A stretch of 61,465 nucleotides of DNA. Source: an uncultured Prevotellaceae bacterium. GTDB lineage: Bacteria > Bacteroidota > Bacteroidia > Bacteroidales > Bacteroidaceae. Positions 53,097 to 61,465 of the stretch are shown here, piece after piece. Every line of letters starts with the position of its first letter. Within the stretch, counting starts at the first letter, position 1. Under the pieces are notes generated by a model. That model saw nothing but the letters and a program-made list of their open reading frames with translations. It did not search any database and was not told the DNA's origin. Where the stretch lies: assembly GCA_947166155.1 (NCBI GenBank), contig CAMVDC010000001.1:1-61465 (forward strand), given 5' to 3'. The translations under genes and the position numbers were made by a program.

Positions 53097-53591
53097 TTAC
53101 TGCTGCTGCTGACGTGGTCCCTGACCGCCTTGGCGCTGACCGCCACCGAATCCCTGACCGCCGCCGAAGCCTTGTCCGCCACCCTGCTGGAAGCGCTGGC
53201 GCATTTCTTCTTGCTGCTTCTGATACTTAGTATATTGTTCTTCAGTCAGGATGCCCTTCAGTGCCTTTTCCTGAGCTGCCTGGCGCTCCTGCATCTGCTT
53301 CATCATGGCCTCGCGGTCGAAGTTCTGTGGCTGACCGCCGCCTTCCATCATCTTCTGCATGCGCTCCTGCTGCTCCTTCTGCTGAGCAGTGAAGTATTCC
53401 TTCAGTTTCTTGTATTGCTCGTCGTTTACACCGAGTTGTTCCTTCAGACGGTCGGCCTGACGTGTAGCCATCTCTTCTGGGTTGAATTCACGACGCTGAC
53501 GCTGTCCTTGTCCTTGTCCTTGTCCCTGCACCTGAGCCATCATGCTCAGCGACATTACCATTGCTGCAATAGCAAAAATCAGTTTCTTCAT
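53097..53591 (-). CDS. periplasmic Spy/CpxP-like (LTxxQ-motif, DUF4890-like) protein with G/Q-rich tails
   Basis: Signal peptide MKKLIFAIAAMVMSLSMMAQ. GQGQGQGQ and GGGQGFGGGQGFGGGQ low-complexity ends flank a helical core that carries LTEEQYTKY. Confidence 0.6.
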   Translation of the reverse strand: MKKLIFAIAAMVMSLSMMAQVQGQGQGQGQRQRREFNPEEMATRQADRLKEQLGVNDEQYKKLKEYFTAQQKEQQERMQKMMEGGGQPQNFDREAMMKQMQERQAAQEKALKGILTEEQYTKYQKQQEEMRQRFQQGGGQGFGGGQGFGGGQRQGGQGPRQQQQ

Positions 53592-53702
53592 AATTCTTAC
53601 GGTTTTTAGTTGTTAATAATATCTGTTTTAGTTGATTTGCAATCTTATGACCCTTGCAAACAGAAATGGTTTAATGCACCGATGCAGCTTTTAGGAATTT
53701 AC

Positions 53703-54098
53703 CTACCGCGAGGGGAATTTTCCCCTATGTTCGCACATCAGCGCCACGACATACGCCACGGCTACACCCGCGGTGTATGCCACCATGTCGGACACAAGGA
53801 ATCCCTGCCCCAGGACCAGGTGTCCCACCACGGTACTCCTCACGGCGCATAGCCACGGCCACGTGATGAGTTGACTCAGTTCGACGGCATAGCAGGTGAT
53901 GAGCGCTGCCACTGCCACCCGGCTCAACTTCCATCCTGCTGCCGCTGCGCGCCACAAGCAGAACATCATCACCGCCCAAAGGCCATCGCCCACACAGGCA
54001 GGTATCCACCCACAGCGGCGCGACAGCAACCCCGCAACCACCACCAGGGCAGTGGCCGCAAGATATATCATTCGTAGTTTCATGTGTGTATGCTTCAT
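53703..54098 (-). CDS. DUF2809-like small membrane protein
   Basis: 131 aa with four hydrophobic segments. LLSRRCGWIPACVGDGLWAVMMFCLW resembles the DUF2809 pattern. Start ambiguous (M1, M6 or M10). Confidence 0.45.
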   Translation of the reverse strand: MKHTHMKLRMIYLAATALVVVAGLLSRRCGWIPACVGDGLWAVMMFCLWRAAAAGWKLSRVAVAALITCYAVELSQLITWPWLCAVRSTVVGHLVLGQGFLVSDMVAYTAGVAVAYVVALMCEHRGKFPSR

Positions 54099-54204
54099 CG
54101 TTTTCTTACATAAACGGAACTACACCTTATTATATTATATATAGCACGCAATAATAATAAATATAGCACGCAGTTTCTTTCATAGGGCATCAAAACACCA
54201 CGCG

Positions 54205-54490
54205 GATATGCAGGTTTTGCTGCGAGAGCGGTGTAATTTGCTTGCGAGTACGTAGAAGTTTTGCTGCGAGAGCGGTGTAATTTGCTTGCGAGTACGTAGA
54301 AGTTTTGCTGCGAGTGCGTAGGAATTCTTTAATTTGCGACGCAAATTAATAAAATTGCGACGCAGTTTTATTAATTTTCCACCGAAAAACAATAAATTTG
54401 CGTCGCAAATTAAAGAATTAGTCCGCACTCGCAAGGTTTTTACTGCGCACTCGCAGGTAAATTACTACGCACTCGCGAGGTTTCTTCTCT
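54205..54490 (+). repeat. ~13-unit array of 22-bp phased repeats around the same core (element B)
   Basis: Perfect 25-bp inverted repeats at 54322-54346 and 54395-54419, separated by 48 bp. An exact 44-bp tandem duplication spans 54214-54257 and 54258-54301. The left-arm TGCGAG-GCG units are the complement of the right-arm CGCACTCGCA units. Confidence 0.9.
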
Positions 54491-54516
54491 GTACTTGCAT
54501 GCAAAAAACATGTGCA

Positions 54517-55536
54517 CTATATGGCATCGACGACGTTGAATCCGAAATCGAACAAGGTCTGTGCCTCGGTGAATCGCGATGCATGGGTCTTGCTCTTGAG
54601 CAGTACGAGGGTGAGCGTGGAGCCTCCGGGGCGGCTGACCGACGCAGCGAGACACGCACCGGCATTGCGGGTGAAGCCTGTCTTCACACCATTGCAGCCG
54701 TCGTACTGGTTTAGCAGTTGGTTGGTGTTCCAGCATGGCATGTGGCGGCCGTCGGTGAGTGGAAGGTCGGCATAGGGTGTGCTCACGATTTCAGCAAACA
54801 GGGTGTCGGCCATGCAGTAGCGTGTGAGGACGAGCAGGTCGCGTGCGGTGCTGTAGTTGCTGTCGTTGGGCAGGCCGTTGGGATTGGCAAAATGGGTGCT
54901 GTCCATGTGCAGGTAAGCCGCCTTGTCGTTCATCATCGAGACAAAAGCCAGCGTGTCGCCTGCTATATGCTGCGCAATGGCGTATGCCGCCACATTGTCG
55001 CTCTGCAACATCATCTCGACCAGGAGGTTGTGGAGTGTGAACTGATAGCCGGGGCGCACCATGGCACCGGTGGTGACGAAGATGTCGGGAGTGATGACGA
55101 CAGTGTCGCTGAGGTTGCCATGCTCCAATGCAATGAGGCATGTCATCATCTTGGTAAGGCTGGCGGGATACATGCGGCGGTCGGCATCGCGGGCACTGAG
55201 CATCATGCCCGACGAGTCATCGACCATAATCCACGACTCGGCAGTGAGGCGGGCGAGCGATGCGTAGCCGTCGATGGTGTCGATGTTGACGTGGGTGCTG
55301 AGGGTGGTGTCGATGGTGCAGGCACGCTCCAGTCGCAACTGCTCGGCACGGCGCGATGAAGAGTCGCCGCAACTTGAAAAGCTTAGAGTGGCGAGCACTG
55401 CCATCAACCAACAACGAATGATGATTGATGAGCGGCCGATGCTGGTGGTTTTATCCCTTTGGATGCTGGTGGTTTTATCCCTTTGGACGCTGGTGGTTTT
55501 ATCCCTTTGGATGCTGGTGGTTTTATCCCATTCCAT
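54517..55536 (-). CDS. D-alanyl-D-alanine carboxypeptidase (S11 serine peptidase, PBP5/6-like)
   Basis: SxxK motif PASLTKMMT, then LQSDN (SxN) and a C-terminal KTGFT (KTG). Lipobox-like LSFSSC. The first 35 codons are four octapeptide repeats encoded by a 24-bp tandem repeat. The alternative start is 55404. Confidence 0.85.
   Translation of the reverse strand: MEWDKTTSIQRDKTTSVQRDKTTSIQRDKTTSIGRSSIIIRCWLMAVLATLSFSSCGDSSSRRAEQLRLERACTIDTTLSTHVNIDTIDGYASLARLTAESWIMVDDSSGMMLSARDADRRMYPASLTKMMTCLIALEHGNLSDTVVITPDIFVTTGAMVRPGYQFTLHNLLVEMMLQSDNVAAYAIAQHIAGDTLAFVSMMNDKAAYLHMDSTHFANPNGLPNDSNYSTARDLLVLTRYCMADTLFAEIVSTPYADLPLTDGRHMPCWNTNQLLNQYDGCNGVKTGFTRNAGACLAASVSRPGGSTLTLVLLKSKTHASRFTEAQTLFDFGFNVVDAI
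55441..55530 (-). repeat. 24-bp tandem repeat, 3.75 copies (GCTGGTGGTTTTATCCCTTTGGAT)
   Basis: Units at 55441, 55465 and 55489, with a partial unit at 55513. On the minus strand it encodes DKTTS(I/V)QR octapeptides at the 5' end of the carboxypeptidase ORF. It also contains the AlkD-like gene stop codon. Confidence 0.9.
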
Positions 55537-56308
55537 AATGTAGATAGTGTTGTCGTTCTTCTTCAGTCATGCGCTCGATGGCATATCGCAAGGCAGTGCG
55601 TGGCATGTGGTGGGCATGTTGGTCGAGAAACTGCCGCAGCACATCCATCGACACGTTGTTGCCCACTTCGCGCAACATCCACCCTACGGCCTTGTGCATG
55701 AGGTCGTGGGGATGATTGAGATGAAAGGTTGCATAACGCAGGCACCACGAAGGGTCGCCATAGCGTGTAGGCATCTGACTGCACACGATGCTCATGCGCT
55801 GCTTCCACAGGCAAGGACTATCGGCCAGCGCATCGACCACACTGCGCTTATGCTCAATGCTTCCATCGCCCAGAAACGTAGGCAGCATGAGCCAGCGGCC
55901 GAGAATCTTCGGTGCCGAAAGGTCGACGAGGTCCCAGTTGTCGGCCCTCTCGGCATAGCTGAGGTAGAGTGTGACTATCTCGTCGCGCGAGCGTATGGCA
56001 TCGGGGTCGTTTGTGAGTCGCTTCTGTGAAAGGCGTTCGAACCGTAAGACCAAAATGAGCAGGCCGCAGAGCCGCACCTCGTGCCAGCTGCTGAGCAACA
56101 GTTGTGGCACTTCGCTCAGCGGCACATCGGCTGCCCACTTCGCAACCTCACGCGTCTGCGGTACCTTCAATCCAAGAAACTCATCACCCTCGCCATATTC
56201 GCCGGGGCCTGTCTTGAAAAAACGCATCAACACACGTCGCTGCTCGTCGTTGCGCAGTGAGATGAGGCGTGAGATGATGTCGGAAGATGTTATGCAACTT
56301 GTTTTCAT
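55523..56308 (-). CDS. DNA alkylation repair protein (AlkD-like HEAT-repeat family)
   Basis: FFKTGPGEYGEGDEFLGLKVPQTREVAK and later W..R are typical of the DNA_alkylation family. Confidence 0.75.
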   Translation of the reverse strand: MKTSCITSSDIISRLISLRNDEQRRVLMRFFKTGPGEYGEGDEFLGLKVPQTREVAKWAADVPLSEVPQLLLSSWHEVRLCGLLILVLRFERLSQKRLTNDPDAIRSRDEIVTLYLSYAERADNWDLVDLSAPKILGRWLMLPTFLGDGSIEHKRSVVDALADSPCLWKQRMSIVCSQMPTRYGDPSWCLRYATFHLNHPHDLMHKAVGWMLREVGNNVSMDVLRQFLDQHAHHMPRTALRYAIERMTEEERQHYLHYGMG

Positions 56309-56312
56309 GCCA

Positions 56313-56320
56313 CAAATTTA
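56313..56320 (-). promoter_or_regulatory. Bacteroidota -7 box TAAATTTG, 4 nt from the AlkD-like ATG (candidate leaderless promoter)
   Basis: The minus strand reads TAAATTTG-TGGC-ATG. Confidence 0.4.
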
Positions 56321-56395
56321 CGAAGATAATCGCAAAAAGACGCGATGCAACATTAGTTTTTAGCATTCTTTGGCATCGAATAGACAAAAAAGCGG

Positions 56396-56403
56396 TAACT
56401 TTG
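56396..56403 (+). promoter_or_regulatory. Bacteroidota -7 box TAACTTTG
   Basis: Exact TAnnTTTG, 136 nt upstream of the BASS transporter ATG. The C/A-rich repeat would form the 5' UTR. Confidence 0.45.
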
Positions 56404-56439
56404 CAGCGGTTTTTGTGAGTGCAGAAGCACATAAACCAC

Positions 56440-56538
56440 ACCAACCACAAACTCACAACCATTCACGACAACGATTAATACACAACCACTAATACACAAC
56501 TATTCACAATCATTAATACACAACCATTTACAACAACA
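56440..56538 (+). repeat. G-poor C/A-rich word repeats upstream of the BASS transporter
   Basis: CACACCAACCACAAACTCACAACCATTCACGACAACGATTAATACACAACCACTAATACACAACTATTCACAATCATTAATACACAACCATTTACAACAACA precedes the ATG. ATTAATACACAAC recurs with a ~21-23-nt period. Confidence 0.75.
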
Positions 56539-57528
56539 ATGTTACGCATATTTCAGGCCATAAGTCGCTGGCTGGCCACCTACACCTCGCCTTTCATCAT
56601 TGCCATAGCACTGCTCACCTTCTTCCTGCCCGACCTCTTCGTATGGGTGCGCGGCAATACTCAGACGGTCATTCTCGGCATCATCATGCTCACCATGGGT
56701 ATGACACTGACCACCGAGGACTTCCGCATTCTGGCGCGTCGGCCGCTCGACATACTCATCGGCGCATGTGCTCAGTTTATCATCATGCCACTTGTGGCGT
56801 GGTTGCTGGTGAGGGTATTCAACCTCGAACCGGCACTGGCCCTCGGCATCCTGCTCGTAGGTTGCTGTCCTGGAGGCGTGTCGAGCAACATCATGTCGTA
56901 TCTGTGCCACGGCGATGTGGCCTTCTCGGTAGGCATGACCTGTGCGTCGACCCTGCTTGCGCCAGTCATGACACCCCTCTTGATGCAACTGACGGCAGGC
57001 GAGATAATCAAGATCGACGCTGTCGGCATGTTTATCAACATCCTCATCGTGACCGTCATACCGGTTGCAATCGGTTGGTTCCTCAACTACACATTCTCGC
57101 GTCGCAAGTCATTCCCTGCCATTCAGTCGCTGATGCCCGGCTTGAGTGTCATCTGCCTTGCATGCATAGTGGGCGGAGTGATATCTACCGTTCACGACGA
57201 CCTCGTGAGTCGCGGCCTCATACTCTTCCTCTGGACATTTGCCGTGGTGCTCTGCCACAATTCGCTCGGCTACCTGCTGGGCTGGCTGGCCGGCCGGGTA
57301 GCAGGCTTCAACACAGCCAAGAAGCGCACCATATCGATCGAGGTAGGTATGCAGAATGCAGGACTGGCCACCGTCCTTGCCAGCACATTCTTTGCTGCAC
57401 AGCCACTTGCGGTGCTCCCATGTGCCATCAGTTGTGCCTGGCACAGCATCAGCGGCACCATCCTCGCCGGCATGTTCATGCAATATGACAAGAGGAAAAG
57501 TGACAGCAAAAAGACATCACGACAATAA
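56539..57528 (+). CDS. bile acid:sodium symporter (BASS) family transporter
   Basis: 329-aa polytopic protein. GILLVGCCPGGVSSNIMSYL and EVGMQNAGLA are BASS signature segments. Confidence 0.85.
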   Translation: MLRIFQAISRWLATYTSPFIIAIALLTFFLPDLFVWVRGNTQTVILGIIMLTMGMTLTTEDFRILARRPLDILIGACAQFIIMPLVAWLLVRVFNLEPALALGILLVGCCPGGVSSNIMSYLCHGDVAFSVGMTCASTLLAPVMTPLLMQLTAGEIIKIDAVGMFINILIVTVIPVAIGWFLNYTFSRRKSFPAIQSLMPGLSVICLACIVGGVISTVHDDLVSRGLILFLWTFAVVLCHNSLGYLLGWLAGRVAGFNTAKKRTISIEVGMQNAGLATVLASTFFAAQPLAVLPCAISCAWHSISGTILAGMFMQYDKRKSDSKKTSRQ

Positions 57529-57540
57529 AAGAAGCTACCA

Positions 57541-57665
57541 TTACAGCCATAACAACTCCATACACAAACAACAACTCCATACACAAACAACAACTCCATA
57601 CACATAGCAACAACCTCATACACAACCTACAACCTCATACACATAGCAACAACTTCATACACAAA
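57541..57665 (+). repeat. G-poor C/A-rich tandem words downstream of the BASS transporter
   Basis: AACAACTCCATACACAAACA occurs three times, followed by variants such as AGCAACAACCTCATACACA. Only a handful of G residues occur in about 125 nt. Confidence 0.8.
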
Positions 57666-57668
57666 AAA

Positions 57669-57702
57669 AGGTGCTGCAGCAATAATGCTACAGCACCTTA
57701 TT
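57669..57702. terminator. bidirectional hairpin terminator between the BASS transporter and frdB
   Basis: AGGTGCTGCAGC-aataat-GCTACAGCACCT has an A-run on the left and a T-rich stretch on the right, between convergent genes. Confidence 0.65.
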
Positions 57703-57800
57703 ATATATATATACAGCTTTCGTAAGTTCTACTTACTTCTGCTTACTCATCCCACCTCCCTCCCCAATAAAAGGAGGGAAGGAGATAAGGTCTGACTTCC

Positions 57801-58559
57801 TTAGTCGGCCAGCTTTGCCTTGATGAACTCGCGGTTGAGGCGTGCGATGTTGGCGATAGTTTCACACTTAGGACATACGGCTTCGCATGCACGGGTGTTG
57901 GTGCAGTTGCCGAATCCCAGTTCGTCCATCTTGGCCACCATTGCCTTCGCACGCTTGGCTGCCTCGGGACGTCCCTGTGGCAGGAGGGCGAGCTGACTCA
58001 CCTTGCTCGATACGAACAACATGGCTGAACCATTCTTACATGCAGCTACGCAGGCACCGCAACCGATGCACGATGCGCAATCCATTGCCTCGTCGGCATC
58101 CTGCTTAGGAATGAGGATTGCGTTGGCATCCTGCGGAGCACCGGTACGTACGGTAGTATAACCACCTGCCTGGATAATCTTGTCGAATGCAGAGCGATCG
58201 ACCATACAGTCTTTGATGACAGGGAATCCGGCCGAGCGCCATGGCTCGACGGTGATGGTCTCACCATCCTTGAATCGGCGCATGTAGAGCTGACATGTGG
58301 TTGCACCACGCTCGGTCTTTCCGTGTGGTGTACCGTTGATATAGAGTGAGCACATACCGCATATTCCTTCACGACAGTCGTGATCGAATACGAATGGCTC
58401 CTTACCAGCGTCGATGAGTTCCTCGTTCATGATGTCGAGAGCCTCGAGGAATGAAGTATCGTCTGGTATGTTCTTCAAATCGTGAGTTTCGAAGTGGCCC
58501 TTGTCCTTCGGACCGTTCTGCTTCCAGAACTTTATAGTGACATTTATATTCTTAGCCAT
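57801..58559 (-). CDS. frdB: fumarate reductase/succinate dehydrogenase iron-sulfur subunit
   Basis: ATG 58559 gives [14 protein letters not shown]. Cys clusters [25 protein letters not shown] and [12 protein letters not shown]. The track ORF starts 28 codons upstream, inside frdA. Confidence 0.93.
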   Translation of the reverse strand: MAKNINVTIKFWKQNGPKDKGHFETHDLKNIPDDTSFLEALDIMNEELIDAGKEPFVFDHDCREGICGMCSLYINGTPHGKTERGATTCQLYMRRFKDGETITVEPWRSAGFPVIKDCMVDRSAFDKIIQAGGYTTVRTGAPQDANAILIPKQDADEAMDCASCIGCGACVAACKNGSAMLFVSSKVSQLALLPQGRPEAAKRAKAMVAKMDELGFGNCTNTRACEAVCPKCETIANIARLNREFIKAKLAD

Positions 58560-58560
58560 A

Positions 58561-60540
58561 TTAATTCTTGTAGTTACGTGTTTGTACCTTGATTGCTTCG
58601 TACTGGAGTGGCTCCTTGATGAGTTCAGGATCCTTGTCAGCACCCTCGTACTTCCAGCATCCTACGTAGAAGTAGTTCTCGTCGTCGCGCTTTGCCTCGC
58701 CTTCTTCTGTCTGGTATTCCTCGCGGAAGTGGCCACCGCATGATTCATTGCGCGAGAGGGCATCGTGGGCAACGAGTTCGCCCATGGTGAAGAAGTCGCG
58801 GAGGTGGATTGCCTTGTCGAGCTCGACGTTGAGACCTTCCTTTGTGCCAGGCACGAAGAGGTTTGTGTCGAATTCCTTCTGCAGTTCCTTCATCTTGGCG
58901 ATACCGGTCTTCAGTCCTTCGGCTGTGCGGCCCATACCTACGTATTCCCACATGATGTGTCCGAGTTCCTTGTGGATAGAGTCGACAGAACGCTTACCCT
59001 TGATGTTGAGCAGACGTGTGAGTTCGGCATCCACGGCCTTCTCTGCTTCGGCAAACTCAGGCAGGTCGGTCGATACTTTTGGCCATATAGCCTGGTCGGC
59101 AAGGTAGTTCTGAATAGTGTAAGGCAGAACGAAATATCCGTCGGCCAGTCCTTGCATCAGTGCGGATGCACCGAGGCGGTTGGCTCCGTGGTCGGAGAAG
59201 TTGCACTCGCCGATAGCGAAGAGGCCAGGGATAGAGGTCTGCAGTTCGTAATCTACCCATACACCACCCATTGTGTAGTGGATAGCAGGATAAATCATCA
59301 TGGGCTTGTAGTATTTCACGCCGTTGATTTCGTTGGCAAGGTCGCCAGGATATACGTCGGTGATTTCTTCATACATGTCGAAGAGGTTGCCGTAACGTTG
59401 CTTCATGGCATCGAGTCCGAGGCGGTTGATACTTTCAGAGAAGTCGAGGAACACGGCAAGACCTGTGTTGTTGACACCGAATCCCTTGTCGCAACGCTCT
59501 TTGGCTGCACGGCTTGCCACGTCGCGAGGCACGAGGTTACCGAATGCAGGGTAGCGGCGCTCCAGATAGTAGTCGCGGTCTTCCTCGGGTATTTCCCAGC
59601 CTTCCTTTGTGCCTGCCTGCAGGGCCTTGGCATCTTCCAGTTTCTTTGGTACCCAGATACGTCCGTCGTTACGCAGTGACTCCGACATGAGTGTGAGCTT
59701 CGACTGCTTGTCGCCGTGAACCGGGATACATGTTGGGTGGATCTGCACGTAGGATGGGTTGGCCATGTATGCACCCTTGCGGTAGCATTGAACGGCTGCT
59801 GTGCAGTTACATCCCATTGCGTTGGTCGAGAGGAAGTAAGTGTTGCCGTATCCGCCGGTAGCGATGACAACTGCGTTGGCAGTGAATCGCTCGAGCTTTC
59901 CGGTGACGAGGTTCTTGGCGATGATGCCGCGAGCCTTACCGTCGACGATGACTACATCTTCCATCTCGTAGCGTGTGTAGAGCTTCACCTTGCCTGCCTG
60001 CACTTGTGCTGACAGTGCGCTATATGCACCCAGCAGGAGCTGCTGACCGGTCTGACCCTTTGCGTAGAAGGTACGGCTCACCTGTGCTCCGCCGAATGAG
60101 CGGTTGGCCAGTGTGCCTCCGTATTCACGTGCGAACGGTACGCCCTGTGCTACACATTGGTCGATGATTGAGTTGCTGACTTCTGCCAGACGATATACGT
60201 TGGCTTCGCGGGCACGGTAGTCGCCACCCTTGACTGTGTCGTAGAACAGACGATATACGCTGTCGCCGTCGTTCTGATAGTTCTTGGCTGCATTGATACC
60301 ACCCTGTGCAGCGATTGAGTGTGCACGGCGTGGTGAGTCCTGGATGCAGAAGTTGAGTACGTTGAAGCCCATTTCGCCAAGGCTTGCGGCAGCACTGGCA
60401 CCAGCCAGACCTGTACCTACGACGATGACGTCGAGCTTCAGTTTGTTCTTTGGGTTTACCAGGCGCTGGTGAGCTTTATAGTTCGACCATTTCTCGGCCA
60501 CTGGTCCCTCGGGTATTCTTGAATCTATTTTGATTGGCAT
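58561..60540 (-). CDS. frdA: fumarate reductase/succinate dehydrogenase flavoprotein subunit
   Basis: FAD motif [15 protein letters not shown], then [15 protein letters not shown] (covalent-FAD His) and HYTMGG. Confidence 0.95.
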   Translation of the reverse strand: MPIKIDSRIPEGPVAEKWSNYKAHQRLVNPKNKLKLDVIVVGTGLAGASAAASLGEMGFNVLNFCIQDSPRRAHSIAAQGGINAAKNYQNDGDSVYRLFYDTVKGGDYRAREANVYRLAEVSNSIIDQCVAQGVPFAREYGGTLANRSFGGAQVSRTFYAKGQTGQQLLLGAYSALSAQVQAGKVKLYTRYEMEDVVIVDGKARGIIAKNLVTGKLERFTANAVVIATGGYGNTYFLSTNAMGCNCTAAVQCYRKGAYMANPSYVQIHPTCIPVHGDKQSKLTLMSESLRNDGRIWVPKKLEDAKALQAGTKEGWEIPEEDRDYYLERRYPAFGNLVPRDVASRAAKERCDKGFGVNNTGLAVFLDFSESINRLGLDAMKQRYGNLFDMYEEITDVYPGDLANEINGVKYYKPMMIYPAIHYTMGGVWVDYELQTSIPGLFAIGECNFSDHGANRLGASALMQGLADGYFVLPYTIQNYLADQAIWPKVSTDLPEFAEAEKAVDAELTRLLNIKGKRSVDSIHKELGHIMWEYVGMGRTAEGLKTGIAKMKELQKEFDTNLFVPGTKEGLNVELDKAIHLRDFFTMGELVAHDALSRNESCGGHFREEYQTEEGEAKRDDENYFYVGCWKYEGADKDPELIKEPLQYEAIKVQTRNYKN

Positions 60541-60607
60541 AATCGTATTTACTATTTACAGATTTACAATTTACGATTTAATTCTATTTGTTTTCCATTT
60601 TCCATCT
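60541..60607 (-). repeat. TAAAT/TTCCATT word module in the frdC-frdA gap
   Basis: The minus strand reads AGATGGAAAATGGAAAACAAATAGAATTAAATCGTAAATTGTAAATCTGTAAATAGTAAATACGATT and is followed by the frdA ATG. Confidence 0.8.
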
Positions 60608-60623
60608 GGCGATGGTGTGTTCC

Positions 60624-61340
60624 TTATTTCACAGGAAATGGCAGGAGTTTGAAGTCGCACTGACCCACATAGTCGGGGAAGAAAGCGAAACCGAGTACCA
60701 CGATGAGGAATATGAGCATAACGACAGTAGCCCATATTTGTCCGATGCACTTCCAGCGGTTGAACCAAATGTGTCCGCTCAGTCCCATTGTCTGCATCGA
60801 CGACCAGATGCCGTGAGTGAGGTGGAACCAGATGGCAACGATCCAAATGACGTACAATGCAGCGATTACTGGGTTGGAGAATGTCTGTTGGATGTATCCG
60901 AAACCGTCGGTTGGTTCGAGTCCTCCAAGCAAAGGTTGTCCGATGATTTCTGCAAACATCATGTTATACCAGAAGTCCTTGAGGTGGAGCAGCAGTCCGA
61001 TGAGGATGATGATGCCGAGCACCAGCATGTTCTGGCTGGCCCATTCCACCTTGTCGGGTTTAGCAGTGACCGCATACTTGTTGTTGCCACGAGCCTTGCG
61101 GTTCTGGAAGTTGAGGATAAATGCATAGACGATGTGCACCAACACGAGCAGGGCCAGTCCCATCGTGGCTGCTATGGCATACCAGTTGGAGCCGAGCAGG
61201 GCGCAGATGGTGTTGTAAGCGTCTTTGCTGATGAGGGCAACCACGTTCATGCATCCGTGGAACGTGATGAAGAGAACCAGTGCAAGGCCCGAGATGGACA
61301 TTACCAGTTTTCTTCCGATAGATGAATTAAATAACCACAT
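60624..61340 (-). CDS. frdC: fumarate reductase/succinate dehydrogenase cytochrome b subunit
   Basis: 238-aa membrane protein with five TM segments, directly upstream of frdA-frdB (the Bacteroides frdCAB order). Conserved His residues sit within the TM helices. Confidence 0.85.
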   Translation of the reverse strand: MWLFNSSIGRKLVMSISGLALVLFITFHGCMNVVALISKDAYNTICALLGSNWYAIAATMGLALLVLVHIVYAFILNFQNRKARGNNKYAVTAKPDKVEWASQNMLVLGIIILIGLLLHLKDFWYNMMFAEIIGQPLLGGLEPTDGFGYIQQTFSNPVIAALYVIWIVAIWFHLTHGIWSSMQTMGLSGHIWFNRWKCIGQIWATVVMLIFLIVVLGFAFFPDYVGQCDFKLLPFPVK

Positions 61341-61401
61341 AAATAAATCTTTTGTTTGTTAATATTGTTTTTGATTTTGTTTTGGTCGGCGTATGTGTCG
61401 G

Positions 61402-61409
61402 CAAAGATA
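61402..61409 (-). promoter_or_regulatory. Bacteroidota -7 box TATCTTTG (minus strand)
   Basis: The plus strand reads CAAAGATA, 62 nt upstream of the frdC start. Confidence 0.55.
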
Positions 61410-61465
61410 CGAAATAATTCATAATTTCACGTGCATAAACAGTAATAATTTGCTGTATCATGCGG

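Noticed and set aside
53028-53609. A 193-aa plus-strand ORF rich in L/T/A.
   Set aside because: It is the antisense shadow of the Spy-like gene. Its low-complexity leucine-rich translation mirrors the Q/E/K-rich sense frame.
1-61465. A search for defence systems, prophage or ICE genes, toxin-antitoxin pairs, retrons or DGR reverse transcriptases, and CRISPR-Cas.
   Set aside because: None of the translated ORFs shows nuclease, ATPase, reverse-transcriptase, integrase or transposase signatures typical of such systems. The accessory content is glycan, surface-protein and repeat-element related instead.

Overview
This 61.5-kb chromosomal segment looks like a Bacteroidales (Bacteroidota) genome. 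The signs are Bacteroides-type TAnnTTTG -7 promoter boxes, no Shine-Dalgarno signals, T9SS C-terminal sorting domains, an S46 dipeptidyl-peptidase and a frdCAB fumarate reductase. I call 48 protein genes, one gene relic and one tRNA-Asn(GTT). I see no rRNA, CRISPR, integrase, transposase or recognisable defence genes. Layout: (i) 1-12.5 kb is an accessory secreted-protein island. It holds two BspA-type LRR paralogues, a GH43, an SGNH esterase with a T9SS tail, and a 1751-aa T9SS cargo protein with an embedded CX5R phosphatase domain. (ii) 12.7-32.7 kb is housekeeping: DUF2851, nucleoside permease, sirtuin, prmC, recX, comF-comEC, CaCA antiporter, S46 peptidase, flippase, ruvB, tRNA-Asn, dus, dapB, lepB. 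(iii) 32.7-44.8 kb is a glycan/LPS-core-like locus with a complete 2-aminoethylphosphonate (AEP) pathway: a nucleotidyltransferase-PEP mutase fusion, phosphonopyruvate decarboxylase, a LicC-like nucleotidyltransferase, AEP transaminase and two LicD transferases. It also carries GT4/GT2 transferases and a Kdo/WaaP-type kinase. (iv) 45-61.5 kb is housekeeping: groES-groEL, mutS, U32 peptidase, cysS, a D-Ala-D-Ala carboxypeptidase, an AlkD-like protein, a BASS transporter, frdCAB. The most unusual signal is non-coding. Many intergenic gaps are assembled from a small vocabulary of dispersed modules that mostly sit in a fixed order relative to the downstream gene. The modules are C-run/G-run hairpins, the 12-bp palindromes CCATCCGGATGG and GAGTGCGCACTC, and stop-rich TAAAT / AATGAATA word repeats. 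There are also two ~300-bp arrays of 22-bp phased units around a shared core bounded by 25-bp inverted repeats. All functional calls rest on motif recognition by eye; no database search was run.
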